From Eledone cirrhosa (lineage: Eukaryota): a stretch of 64,000 nucleotides of DNA. The position numbers and the translations under genes were made by a program. The stretch covers positions 83,204,001 through 83,268,000 of the forward strand of contig OZ024747.1 of the NCBI GenBank assembly GCA_964016885.1. Direction: 5' to 3'. Positions 38,552 to 50,800 of this stretch are shown here, in pieces. The notes below the pieces were generated by a model. That model did no database searches and was not told the origin of the DNA. It saw nothing but the letters and a program-made list of their open reading frames with translations. The first letter of the stretch is position 1. The number at the start of each line of letters is the position of its first letter.

Positions 38552-38619
38552 ATGTGTCTGTATGTGTGTGTGTATGTAGTGTGTGTGTGTATATGTACAT
38601 GTTTGTGTGTGTATGTATG

Positions 38620-38671
<52 letters not shown>

Positions 38672-38945
38672 GATACAAACACACAAACATATATGCATAC
38701 ACACACACATACATATTCTTCATATATATATATATGATTACATAGACACACACACAATTACACAGAAACGTACACATAGGTACATATATTCATCTAAAAC
38801 GCACACATATGTACATACATCTAAAACACACACATACGTACATACATCTAAAACACACACATACGTACATACATCTAAAACACACACATACGTACATACA
38901 TCTAAACACACATACGTACATACATCTGAAACACACACACACACA
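38552..38945. repeat. (TG)/(TA)/(CA) microsatellites plus a 27-bp minisatellite (CATCTAAAACACACACATACGTACATA, about 5 copies, 38791-38930)
   Basis: Directly visible. Confidence 0.9.
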
Positions 38946-39049
38946 TATTGATCACTTCCACTCTACTAACCTATGTGTGTAGAATGCTTGCTGGCTTTGT
39001 CAATTCCAGATTGGATTCTGTGTATTGATCTGATGGTTATTGAATGGTA

Positions 39050-39540
39050 GAGAGCTTGGGGAAGGGGATGTAGATATGGTGGAGGTAATGAAGGTAGTGA
39101 TGACTATGGTTGAAGGTAATGGAGGGGCTGGGGGTGGGTCGGAGATGGTGGTAGTGGTGATGGTTGCAATGGTGGTAGTGGTGGTGGTGGTGATGGCTGC
39201 AATGGTAGTAGTGGTGGTGGTGGTGATGGTTGCAATGGTGGTAGTGGTGGTGGTAGTGGTGATTGTGGTGATAGTGGTAGTAGGATAGTGATAGATGATG
39301 GTGCTGAGTGGTGGTACTGGTAGTGGTTGTGGTGATGCTGGTGGTGGCAGGGTAGTGATAGGTGATTTTGAAGGTTGCAATGGTGCTGGTGGTGGTGATG
39401 GTGGAGTGTTGGAAATAGTGTAGAAATTGGTGGAGGTGGTAATGGAGTTAGTAGTGTTGGCTGTAGTGATGGTGGTGGTGTTATGATGATGGTGGTGGTG
39501 GTAGCTATGGTGATAGTGTTGGGGTGTACAGTGGTGTGAT
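39050..39540. repeat. Degenerate (GGT/GAT/GTA)n tract including a 33-bp unit x3
   Basis: GTGATGG(T/C)TGCAATGG recurs at ~39157, 39190 and 39223. Confidence 0.8.
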
Positions 39541-40086
39541 AAGGCAGAGGATTAGGTATCAGAATTGGTTTGCAAAGCTTTTCTTTATCCCCTTTTTCAA
39601 ATTCTTGAATACTATTGGAAAATAGCAGCAGCAGCACTAAGTGTTTTAATGCCATTTTCTCTGCCTAAAGTAGGGATTTGCTTTGCAAGGTTCCATGAAA
39701 GACATCATACTCATCAGAGGTCCTTTTTGAAGCAATATTTTATAGCCAGATGTCCTTCCTGGTGAAAACCCTTTTAGCCAACCCTTACAACACACACGGA
39801 TGCAGTGCACCTAGTCTAAACTGGATACATATTATGGTTGGAAAGTAGTAGGGTATTAGAATTTGGCAGAAATGGTAGAATGATTGACTAAACTTCCTAT
39901 TTAGTTTCCTTCCATCTTGGTCCCTAATTCAAATCATTTCTTTCATACTCTCCACCATGAACAGGGTGTATACATGTGCCCTTAACTCCTGATGGGGTCA
40001 TAGGGACACCATTATGGCACATGGTGTGTCTTGGGCATTTAAACTCGACAGAACTCATCCCTCTTGAGATCTGAACACAGCAATTT

Positions 40087-40089
<3 letters not shown>

Positions 40090-40166
<77 letters not shown>
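40090..40166. repeat. (AG)n microsatellite
   Basis: Directly visible. Confidence 0.95.
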
Positions 40167-40168
<2 letters not shown>

Positions 40169-41392
40169 CTTTATCAGGAGTTCAGAGATTAGAAAGTAAA
40201 AAAAGGAGAGACATGTGAGTGTGTGTGTTTTAAATTCTTTGTGTGCATGTGTATATATGTTGGTGGAGTGGTTTATACATTGTCTGTGATAGTGTTTAAG
40301 TGTGTCTAACTGAATTAACTTTATATATGTATGTGGTTATATATATCAGAGAGAAGAGGGGGAATGAAAAGAGATATGCATATAGCCATATAAATGCATG
40401 TATATATGATACATGCTGTTGAAGTAAAATAATGTCAGTAAAACTATATATAACACATGAAAGCAATCAACATGCCAAATACACAGAAACTAGTTCATTG
40501 TCTGTTTTATATCAAACAGTTATATAAAACAGCTCTGTATTTTACTTTTGATAGATAACAGTCAGAAAACATTGATGAAAAAATGTATAATTTTATTTTT
40601 ATATTTAATGTTTCTCACTATTTTACATTTTCATCATTATTTTCCCTACTAAATTTCTTTTGTTATAATTTTATTTTTTAATTTTGCTCACAAACTGCTG
40701 AAGATAAACAATTTGTATGTATATGGTTATGTGTGGGAACCCATTGATTATAATCAAACGATTGCACCAACTCTTTTCTTTACAGATATAGAAAATAGAC
40801 ACTAACAATCAAAACCTGACCAGAAACTCTCCTCTCCCAGACTCTGGCAAAATCTCGGGGCTGGTATGATGAAAGATAGGTAGGGAGAGATTTTAGAGAT
40901 TGTAGAGCAGAGGTGAGTGGTTATGACAAGAGATAAGATGGAGGGTAACTTCAGCCAAGAAACACAGGTACAAATTCTATGTGGGTACCAATTGTTAGAG
41001 TAGGCATATTCAGTATCATCATCATAATTTTACATCCATTTTCCATTCTGATATGTCATGTTTGAGAATGGATTGGTTGAAAAACCTTGTCTCACTTGAA
41101 TGTTCCATTTTTGGCATGGTTTCTACAGCTGGATGCCCTTTCTAATGCCAACCACTTTACAGAGTGTACTGAATGTTTTTTATCATGACACCAGCACAGC
41201 TACCCTACAGATTGGACTAGGTACATTTTATCAAGGCACCAGCACTAGATAAGCTGTTATGTCCTCAACAGGACTAAAGAAGTCCTCTCAACCATACATG
41301 GTTTTAGTTAGCTCAAATATTGTTGGCAGAGAAATACATAGATGAAGTAATAGTATATGAAAGAAAAATAAGTAAAAACTTCAGAACTGTAC

Positions 41393-41501
41393 CTTCTTCA
41401 GCTAAATCTTTATTTATTACTAGTTTCCCATGTCGTAAGTAATTTAAAATTGGCCCAAAGTAGGTCGGGTCTCGATCAATTAGGAATGCTCCAATATCAT
41501 C
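41393..41501 (-). CDS. KCTD5: KCTD5/2/17-family exon, BTB/T1 core ([36 protein letters not shown][G])
   Basis: 109 bp with AG at 41503-41502 and GT at 41392-41391. [20 protein letters not shown] is diagnostic of the KCTD2/5/17 (insomniac) BTB domain. The upstream exon with the start codon was not found in the window. Confidence 0.96.
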
Positions 41502-42392
41502 CTAATGAAGAAAAAATATTAAATGTTAGAAAAAAATCTCAATTTAAGTAAAGAAAAAACAACAGTAATAACAACACAAAAAGAAATGTTTCAAGTTTTT
41601 TTAATTACATGACTGTTCATAGTAGTTAGCATTTTTAAAAATAACATTATCATTTGAAAAAGATAATTGACTAAATATTTTTTTTAATATCTTCAATGTC
41701 AAGAGAATTTCAATTAGTAACCTTTACAAAGTACAATTGAACACTTGTTCACACCATCCTGCGAGATGAGGACAATGAAAATAAGAAGTATTTGATCAAT
41801 CAGGTGAAGGAGAAAATCTCCTTTGCCTAATTCTCCATGTTCATGCAACAGATTTTGTGCCTAAAACTAAATTTGTTGTTGTTGCTGGATCAATTTCTTC
41901 CAATAACTCCTACTCAAAAGTCATCCATGTTGCTTTGACCAAACACTTTGTTGCCTACGAAGTGAACTCACTCATTCAAGTTGCACTAGAGGATCTCCCG
42001 AGATGGCAGATATGGATTGGCATGATCAAATCAGAACATGAGCTAATATCAGGCCTTCATATATATGGTGTCCACAGTTGGGATCAGGATTGGCCGATAA
42101 TATCCACATTGGACATCAAAGAATGCTATGCATGAGTGGCCTCTGTTTACAATACTGTGGATGAACTAGTTGGAACTGGCTGAACCCACCCTGGAGGATT
42201 GATGACACAAATACAAGTTAGTTATATGTTATAGATGTAGATTATGTTGACAATAGATTTATAATTAAAATAATTCTATGAAGTAGCCGTTAACATGAGA
42301 GCTGCTAGCAGTTGTGAACTTGAGAAGGTTCAATTACTTATGAAATAATTTACAGCTAGAACAGTTATTTATAGGGGCTGTTATACAACAAA

Positions 42393-42896
42393 AGTGGGTA
42401 GGGTGTTGGGCTCATATTCATAAGGTTATGAGTTAGATTCCTGGACTGGGTAAATAATTATTTCATGTTGCTCCAGTTCAGTTAGTTAGAAAAAATGAGT
42501 TATGATGACACTGATGTCAAGCTGTATCAGTCTTTGCCTTTCCTTTTGACAACATTGGTGAGCGGAGACTGGCATGTTTGGGTGACTGCTGGTCTTCACA
42601 AAAATACCTTAACCCTTTACATTACTCTATATATACTATTGTATTTTCATGGTAAAGACTTTATCTGACATAATTATCTCACATAATATCGAATCTACAA
42701 GATTTTGATGCTATTTATTTCGAGAACCATACCTTAACATCAGTATGAGCGACTGGTTACAGCTGGTTTGAACAGAAAGAGGCAAGAGAATTCTGGCCGG
42801 ATATGGCTGGTTTAAATGCTAAAGAGTTAACCCAGGATTGCACCTTGAAGTGGAACTTTCCAGGTGCAAACTCATGTCAGTCATAACTAATGGGGG
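42393..42896 (+). mobile_element. tRNA-type SINE interrupted by a MITE
   Basis: 42545-42608 plus 42831-42896 are collinear with the reverse complement of 54945-55090, which lacks the insertion. Confidence 0.65.
42609..42830 (+). mobile_element. piggyBac-like MITE family A, full copy
   Basis: TTAA at both ends and imperfect TIRs (CCCTTTA(G)CATT ... AATGCTAAAGAG). At least 4 copies in the window. Confidence 0.8.
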
Positions 42897-44482
42897 ATTA
42901 TTATACAACAAATAGTAACTTTTTTTCTGCAATAATAGAAGTTATTGACTTGAAAAAAATTGTTCTTTATTCTACAATATTGACAAGTTATTGTTTATTA
43001 GTAATCTTCCAACTATGGACACTGCCTTTATAATATATTCTCTCTTATTCATAATGTACTAACATGCCTTTTATAATATAATGATTACTAAACCAACCCT
43101 TGCTAGTATAGTTCGCTACTAATCTCCTTGAAATCTAGCAATTAACTTTCATTTTCCAACACATATTTTTCAGCAGTATATGTCTATAGGGGATTAGCTC
43201 AATTGATTTTACAGGAGTGGAAAACAAGGTCTTGATATTCCTTTCAGAAGTAAAGTAATTGAAGTGAAAAATCTAGTCAGGAATAAAAACTAGGTCACAG
43301 ACTTTGTTTGCCAAATTGTTTGTTTCTTTTCAACAATGCTAGCAGTTCATCAAACAAATACTTATATTGAAGAAAGCATAATACTGAAAGAAAAAAAGTA
43401 CAATACTGAAACCCAGCCAGTAATGGTGGATCACTACCATTGTTTTAAGGTGTGTTTTTTTATTATTATTCAGGTATGGATTGGATGTGTCTGCATTACA
43501 ATTTATCACACTCCTCTTAGTTCTGCACATCACCTCCATTGTGGCTCACTCTCACACCACCTCCATTGTGACTCACTAACAATGCTACTATATTCACATC
43601 TCTAACTAGTAAATAAAAATGAAATGAGTGAACAACTGAGAAATCATCGGCTAAGAAAGAGTTCCTTTAATACTTTTATTACCATATTTTCTGTTTCAAT
43701 TAATTTTGAAAATAACCAAAAATTTGGAGGGATTTAATAAAATAACTAAGCTTTTCATTAGTAAGCTGACATTTAGAATATTACATAACAAAACTTCTAA
43801 AGTAAAATTATGAAGGAAGGTTTTAATATAAGGAAAAATATTTTAAAGTGAGCCATTTTGTATCATACTGGTTAAAGAAATATGAGGGAAAAAGGGTGCC
43901 ACAAGCAAGTGTCATATTTGTTGTGTGAGACATATTTTGACCTACAAAACTAGCCCAAATTCAGAATAAAATGAACATGTATGTAAAGATATTAAATGTA
44001 CTCTGAAATATTAAGTTTGCTTCAGAACCAAACATTTGTATTCATTCACCCATCCTAATCTTGTTCAAAAATGTTTGTTAAAAAGATGAATGAATGTGGA
44101 TCTTAAATGCTTTTCTCATGTTAACCACATAGCATCATTTTTTTATAATATACACACATAAACACATACATATTGATATAATTTCCATTCCACCATCACC
44201 ACTAATGGTAATACTTGATATTATATATAAGTTACTTTAATCCTTTCTAAATCATATTTCTAATAAAAAAATATATTGCAATTATGTTTGAATTATCAAA
44301 ATAATTAACAATCATGAGAGGTTTAATGAAATAACTAACCGTCAACATAACAACAAAAGACATATTTAACTTCTGAAATCTAATATTATTTGGTATGTAA
44401 TAATGAGATTTCAGTCCATGGTTTACATTTAAATTTAAACACTTTAATAGAGGCATTTTTAGGCAGATTGATATTTAAAGGG

Positions 44483-44691
44483 TTAACCTTTTAGCATTTA
44501 CATTATTCTATATTTACTATTGTATTTTCACAGTAAAGGCTTTATCTTACATAATTATCTCACATAATATCAAATCTATGAAATGTTATTTATTTTGAGA
44601 ACAATACCTTAATGTAGGTGTAGCCAGTTTGAACAGAAAGATGTGAGAGAATTCTGGCTGGATATGGCCAGTTGAAATGCTAAAGTGTTAA
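44483..44691 (+). mobile_element. piggyBac-like MITE family A, full copy
   Basis: TTAACCTTTTAGCATTT ... AAATGCTAAAGTGTTAA. Confidence 0.8.
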
Positions 44692-44831
44692 ACATCTTTC
44701 ATAGACAGCATTTCAAAAACTGTTTTAATATATCCATAACGTTTCTAAAGATAATCAACAAAGAATCTAAGATCCAAAAATTCTTAGAAGAAATATCAAA
44801 AAGAAAGAACAATTTCTATACAGAAATTGTG

Positions 44832-45100
44832 GGTGCAGGCATGGATGTGTGTTTAAGAGGTTCACTTCATAACCACAACGTTGGGGACTCACTCCCACTG
44901 CATGGCATATTGGACAACTATCTTCTACTATAGCCTCGGGTTGAGCAATACCTTTGTAAATGAAATTTGGTAAATAGAAACTGCAGAAAGTGTGTATGCA
45001 TGGGGATGGGGTGGTAGTTGATATGATCAACTATATCCTATCAAAGCAGTTGCTTCAGCATGGTCGCAGACTATTGATAGAAGCAGATAAAAGAAGGAAA
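44832..45100 (+). mobile_element. tRNA-derived SINE
   Basis: GCAGGCATGG..GTGTG..TAAG head and TCTTCTACTATAGCCTCGGG..TTTGGTA..GAAACTG core. Copies at ~49118-49240 (+) and ~52100-52258 (-). Confidence 0.65.
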
Positions 45101-45218
45101 AGAGAAAATAAAGAAATTGGCTTTTTGCCAAGTCAGAAAAATTAAACAAACAAAAAAAAACAATAATTTAGATATTCTTCTGTCCATGATGCATTAGCAA
45201 AAATAAATTTAAAAAATG

Positions 45219-45444
45219 TTAACCCTTTTATTACCACATTTCAATGAAAGACAAGCATTGTTGAAAATAGCTGAGAATTTGGAAGGATTTAGTGATATAA
45301 TTGTTTTATTATTCAGCTGTGTTTAGAGCATAAGTAAAATTTTTTACATAAAATTATGATTGAGGATATAAACAATTTGAAATAAGCTGATTTGTTATCA
45401 AAGACAAAGGGTAGTTCCAACTGGTTTGGTACGGAAATGATTAA
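45219..45444. mobile_element. TTAA-flanked MITE family B
   Basis: TTAACCCTTTTATTACCA ... TGGTACGGAAATGATTAA. Related to 43670-43875 and, inverted, to 47431-47816. Confidence 0.55.
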
Positions 45445-45648
45445 GAAACAGAAATAAGGAGAAGGGTAGTAACAGCATAACTTTTTTAATATTTTTTACT
45501 TTTCTTTTTGAAAGTATCCTAGTGATAAAATGAATTCCTTCCACTGTAAGAAAACTGTCTACAATGTTTCCACTAAAAGGTATTTATTTGTCTTCAGAAT
45601 TCACGGAAGGTTAAATTGGTGGCAGCAGCAATAATAATTATTATTATT

Positions 45649-46104
45649 GTCAGCAAAATGAAAGTAGGAAATGAGTTTAGTGAGGAATTCAAGGTACAAG
45701 TAGGAGTTCATCAAGGTTTGGTTCTTAGCCCACTACTATTCCTTATAGTCCTCCAGGCTATAACAGGAGTTTAAGACTGGCTGCCCATGGGAACTTCTCT
45801 GGTCCTTATAGCCGAATCTGTTAAAGACTTAGAAAATAAGTTCCAACTATGGAAACAGAATTTAGAATCAAAAGGCCTAAGAGTAAACTTAGCCAAAACT
45901 AAAGTGCTAGTGAGTAAGAGAGAAGATAGAACCCTGATTCCTTCAGGGAAGTGACCCTACTAAATAGGTAGGAAGGGAGTAGGCATAATAAGTAAACTAA
46001 CAGGAAGGGAAGCCTTTGTTTGTAGAGGATGCACAGGGGTAAATGAGCCTATTCCAGTCACAGGAAGAACCCATAGAAGTGGTTGATAGCTTCTGCTATC
46101 TAGG
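45649..46104 (+). pseudogene. RTE LINE RT relic (family A-like), PHD-like region partly deleted
   Basis: Collinear with 59862-60412 (GAGTTTAAGACTGGCTGCCCATGGGAACTTCTCT; ACCCTGATTCCTTCAGGGAA; ATAGAAGTGGTTGATAGCTTCTG), with indels and stops. Confidence 0.9.
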
Positions 46105-46240
46105 CATGTCTCGGGAAAGAATCGCTGGACAGATTTTATGGGCAAAATCAACCAGCAGGAGACCCAGGGGTAGACCCCAAGCAAGATAGTTGGATAACAT
46201 CCATGAGCTTGGCTGATTTTGCTTGAGAATCCAGCCGGAT
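46105..46240 (+). pseudogene. C-terminal fragment of a different RTE-like LINE
   Basis: MSRERIAGQILWAKSTSRRPRGRPQAR*LDNI carries the RPRGRPxxRW motif of RTE ORF C-termini. Confidence 0.6.
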
Positions 46241-46341
46241 CAGTTGGAAGTGGTTGCTTCTGACAGGACCTGCTGGAAGGAGTGTTTGAGGACAGCCTCC
46301 ATATCCCTCTCAGGAATATGTGGGAGAAGAAGAAGGCATGC

Positions 46342-46494
46342 TGTGACACATCTTCCACCTGCAACCTAGTTGCTTCAGCCACAAACCCCTGTACCGAGGC
46401 CCACAATGCAGAGGACAGGAAGATAAGCAAATACCAAGGCTTGTCCAGCTGCTTCCTCTTTGCACTGGTTGCCATTGAGACCTCAGATGTCCTC
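46342..46494 (+). pseudogene. CRE-like restriction-like endonuclease fragment
   Basis: CDT...AHNAEDRKISKYQGLSSCFLFALVAIETSDVL resembles the AExxKxxKY...FxPxAxETxG motif. Confidence 0.55.
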
Positions 46495-46941
46495 AGACAC
46501 CATACATTTAAAGTTAACCTTCTCTGTGCCCAATACAGTAACAATAGTTGATGATGGACTAAGTACATTTGCTTCCCTAACATAAAGTTAAATAATGTTA
46601 GTTCCGGTTGACTCATATTTGCACAATCAATATTCCGTACTTATCATCATCATCATCATCAATACTCTGTACTTATTATCATCATCATCGTCATTAATAC
46701 TCTGTACTTATTATTCATATGAGGTTGCTTGATGCCAATTTGTTAAACAGAAAGTAAGGTAAACGGTTTAATTTGTTTTATATCTGACTGTTTATTTACA
46801 TTTCCTTCATAATTTGTTTTTCTTTACTGTTTGTACACTTTCGCAAAATATGTTTGTACAGACATTTTCTAGCCACTAATGGCCAGTTTATATACATACA
46901 TATACATACACACACATATATATATACATGCATATCTATAT

Positions 46942-46993
<52 letters not shown>

Positions 46994-47430
46994 TTCATGG
47001 CTGCCAAAAATCTGGTGTCTTTCTGTTTTGATATAACTGCTATAGTCTTGAAAGTATTGATGTATAAAATAGGCAGAGGTAATCGTATTGGTACTACAAT
47101 AGAAAGTACATAGTCCACCCTGTAAGGTGGTTGGTGTTAGGAAAGGCATTCAGCTATAAAAAAAAAATGGAGCGTATGAGCAAGACATGGTCACCTGACC
47201 TGTCTGGCCTTATAACGACAGCATATCCTACTCATGCAAGCATGGATAATTGATGTTAAACAGTGATGATGATGAAGATCTGTACTTGTCATATATTTTA
47301 TCTAATTTTTCTGGTTGGATGCCCTTCCTACCATCAAACCCTACAACATGGATCAGATGCATCTGACCAAAGAATCTTGAAAAGTATTTAAAGTACAATT
47401 TCAAAATGGAAATAAACAAAACATAAGATA

Positions 47431-47816
47431 TTAACTCTGTTAATGCCAAACTGTCTGGAACTAACTCTGATTTTATGATACAAAACTGTTTGTTTTAGAG
47501 TGTCTAAATTTATCTAAAATCCTACTGTAATTTTACATAAAACCTGTGTTAAGTTCTGTTCCAAAGCAAGGGTGATGAATTGGCAGAATTATTAAAGCCT
47601 TAAACAAAATACTTTGCAGTGTTTGTTCCAGTTCATTATGTTCTCTCCCATCATAATTTTATGTAAGAACCTTTGTTAAGTTCTGTTCCAACAACAGCTT
47701 CATAATGAGAAAATTAGTTATATTATTAAATCCCTCCAAATTCTAGGTTATTTTCAAAATTATATGAAAGTCATAAGCAGTGTCTTTCATTAGAAATATG
47801 TTAAGAAAAGGGTTAA
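47431..47816. mobile_element. MITE family B with an inserted SINE-head fragment
   Basis: TTAACTCTGTT ... AAAAGGGTTAA. GTTAAGTTCTGTTCCAA is duplicated (~47548, ~47675) around a GGTGATGAATTGGCAGAATT fragment. Confidence 0.5.
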
Positions 47817-50800
47817 AGGAAAAATGCAAACAATAATAATTGGTGAACTAGATTTGATTTTGTTTTTAAATGAACAAAACAGATACCGTACCAAGGCTCA
47901 CATTTTATACACAATTCAAATATATTCCTACTCATCACAGTGCATATCTTATTCAAATCACTTACTCTCAGTTTAATAACGTAACTCATACACAACATAT
48001 TCTACATAATCATCTCCATCCATCCTTGGAAAATAATAATGACAATGACGACGGCAGGGATAACAACAACACTTGGAAAAGCATTTCTTAAGTTTAGAAA
48101 TCCAACTCTAATTCAGCTATTTGTATCCTTCCCGTCTTTTCATTCTGGAATAAAACAGATCAATATTGTTGAAACAGTTTGTCTGTTGCTGACCAAGTCT
48201 TGCAGTCATATAGAAGGTTTGTCTGTTGCAGACCAAATCTTGCAGTCATATAGGTTTAGTGTGAATGAGCACTAAGTAGATGAGAACAAAAAAAATAATA
48301 TATTTTTACATTATAAAGTGGTCGTGTAGGTCACAACAAAAAGCACCTAGAAACCTAGCCAGAAACAGTTTTATATGAGCAAGACACAGTCACCTGACCC
48401 AACTTGCTTCTAATGGGACAACCCATCTAAGCCATGCTAGTGTGAAAAATGGACATTAAATGATGATGATGATGTTATCCGAGCAGATTCTTAAGACTAT
48501 TATATCCACTCCTTGCCATAAAAAATTATATAACTATAACATATATAAAATGTCATTCAGTGTGTGTTGCATGCGTGCGTGTACATGTGTGTATTGTACC
48601 TCAACCAGTTTCAATGACAAGTGTTCCAGTTGTTCAAAGACCAGAACAGCTAACTCATGACATTAATGTGTGTGAACATTTCATAGAGACATCTAGCTTT
48701 ACTATAGTTCTCATGGACTATACACTATTATCGTGTTTAATATAGTGTTTAACAGGTACAACTCATTTTGGCTAGCTTAGTGGACTGGAATAATGTGAAA
48801 TAAGATGTCTTGCTGAAGGACACAATGTGCCACCAGGAATCAAACTCATCTTATTATAATGAACTAAACATCCTAACTCCTAAGCTACCTGCCTTCGCTA
48901 AAATGTCAGTCCAGTCTCCTACTAACACCAATGTCTCAAGATGTTTTACCAATTCTAAACTTTGATAGCAGTATGAATGACATTCTTCTGATTCATTAAA
49001 AATTTGAATATACTTGATTTGATTCTGATGTCAGTGAAATTGAAGCAATATATTACAACTTTGGTAACAAACTGACAGAGTTAGTGAAAATACATAGCAC
49101 AGATGATTATTGGTATAACTGTGTGCTTAAGGAGTTCACTTCGCAACCATCAGGTTTGATCTGACTCTGTGACATCTTGGGTAAATGTCTTCTATTATTA
49201 CTGGTGAAATTTGGTAGATGGGAAATGTGTAGAAACCTGTGTATATGTGTGTGTATGTCCATGCCAGTGTTTAAATTTTCTTAGCAATTAATAACAATCA
49301 TCATCATCTACTTTTCCATGCTAACATAGGTTGGACAGGTCATCACAGACCAAATCAGCACTCAATCAGACAAACTGGGGACCACATCATACTTATGTTC
49401 CTACACTTTACAGAGTGTACAGGGGCCATTTTATCATGGCACCAGCACTAGGGAGGGTGACATGTTATGACACAACTGAATGTTTGGCAAGTTTTCTATG
49501 GTTGGATACCCTTCCTAACACTGATCACTTTACAGAGTGTACTGGCTGCATTTTATCATGGTGTCAGCACTAAGGAGTTAGCTTTGCATCCCTCATGAAT
49601 GGCTTCACAGTCATCACACTTTATAAAGCAATCTTTTATAGGTAGATGCCCTTCCTGGTGCCATGATTGAATACATACATATATATGTCCAGATCCATGC
49701 TAGCGTGGAAGATGGACGCTAAACGACGATGATGATGATGATGATGATATATAAATAAACACAAAAAAATGTTTAATAATATAAAGAATGTAAAGAAAAA
49801 GTGAGGAAAGATTGCTAAATGTAATAGCAGAAAAAATCTGAATGTAAAGCAGGAAGAAATGCATGAAATAAAAGCAAGAAAATTGAATAAAAAGGAAAAC
49901 GAATAAGGAAACAAAAATTAAAATAGATATATGAAAAAATTAAAAAAAACGAGTAAAAGAACTTCTAATTTAATGTACTAATAATAGAACTACTACCAAT
50001 TCCACAATAAACATTAAAGATATCTTTTAACGAAAGAATACTACTACAATAGCTAACAAAAGAACAGCAACAACAACAACAACAATAATAATAATAATCA
50101 TCGTCATCAACAACAATAATGATGATAGCAGCAACAGAATCAGACTGCAACCTAACTTTTGAATAGCAGCATAACCAAAAATAGCAAAAGAGAAGGAGAG
50201 GTTGTTTGGCATGTTTGTTTTTTTTAAACTTTATTTATTGCTGCTGCTGTTGTTGTAGAAGACACAATGACAATGAAAGCATAAACCAGATGCTTTCTTT
50301 CATAAAAAGAGCCCCGCTCCCGACGCATCCAAAAACAAAAGGAAAAATACATCTGCCACCACTACCACCCCAGTTCTGTGCATGTTCTAACATGTATTAT
50401 CATGGTGTAGGTAATGATTTCTAACTGAAGAAACTCTCTTACCACAAGTTTGCAACCTGGTTTAGTTTTTTGTTTAGCTTTTGGTTTAGTTTTTGCTGCA
50501 ATTTTTAGCACTTTTGAGAAAGATATGGCAATCCAAACTAATGTAATTGACTTTCTCATTATTAAGCTAGTGTTTCAAACATAACTTAACAAAGGTTCTT
50601 ACATAAAATAGGGATGGAAGACATTTAGATAAATGGAAAGTAGTATATACTGGTACCATGATAAATACACCCAGCCCACACTGTAAAGTGGTAGTACTGG
50701 TGCCACATAAAAAACAAACATCTAGTCGACAGTGGCACGTGGTAGTGACAGTGCCCTGGGAAAATGAACCCGGTACATGATATGAAGTGATTGGCATTAA

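Noticed and set aside
39000-39655. Pro/Thr/His-rich and Val-rich ORFs
   Set aside because: They come from a degenerate trinucleotide tract with no domain or splice support.
45960-46616. 218-aa minus-strand ORF
   Set aside because: It is antisense to a patchwork of plus-strand retroelement relics and has no recognisable domain.
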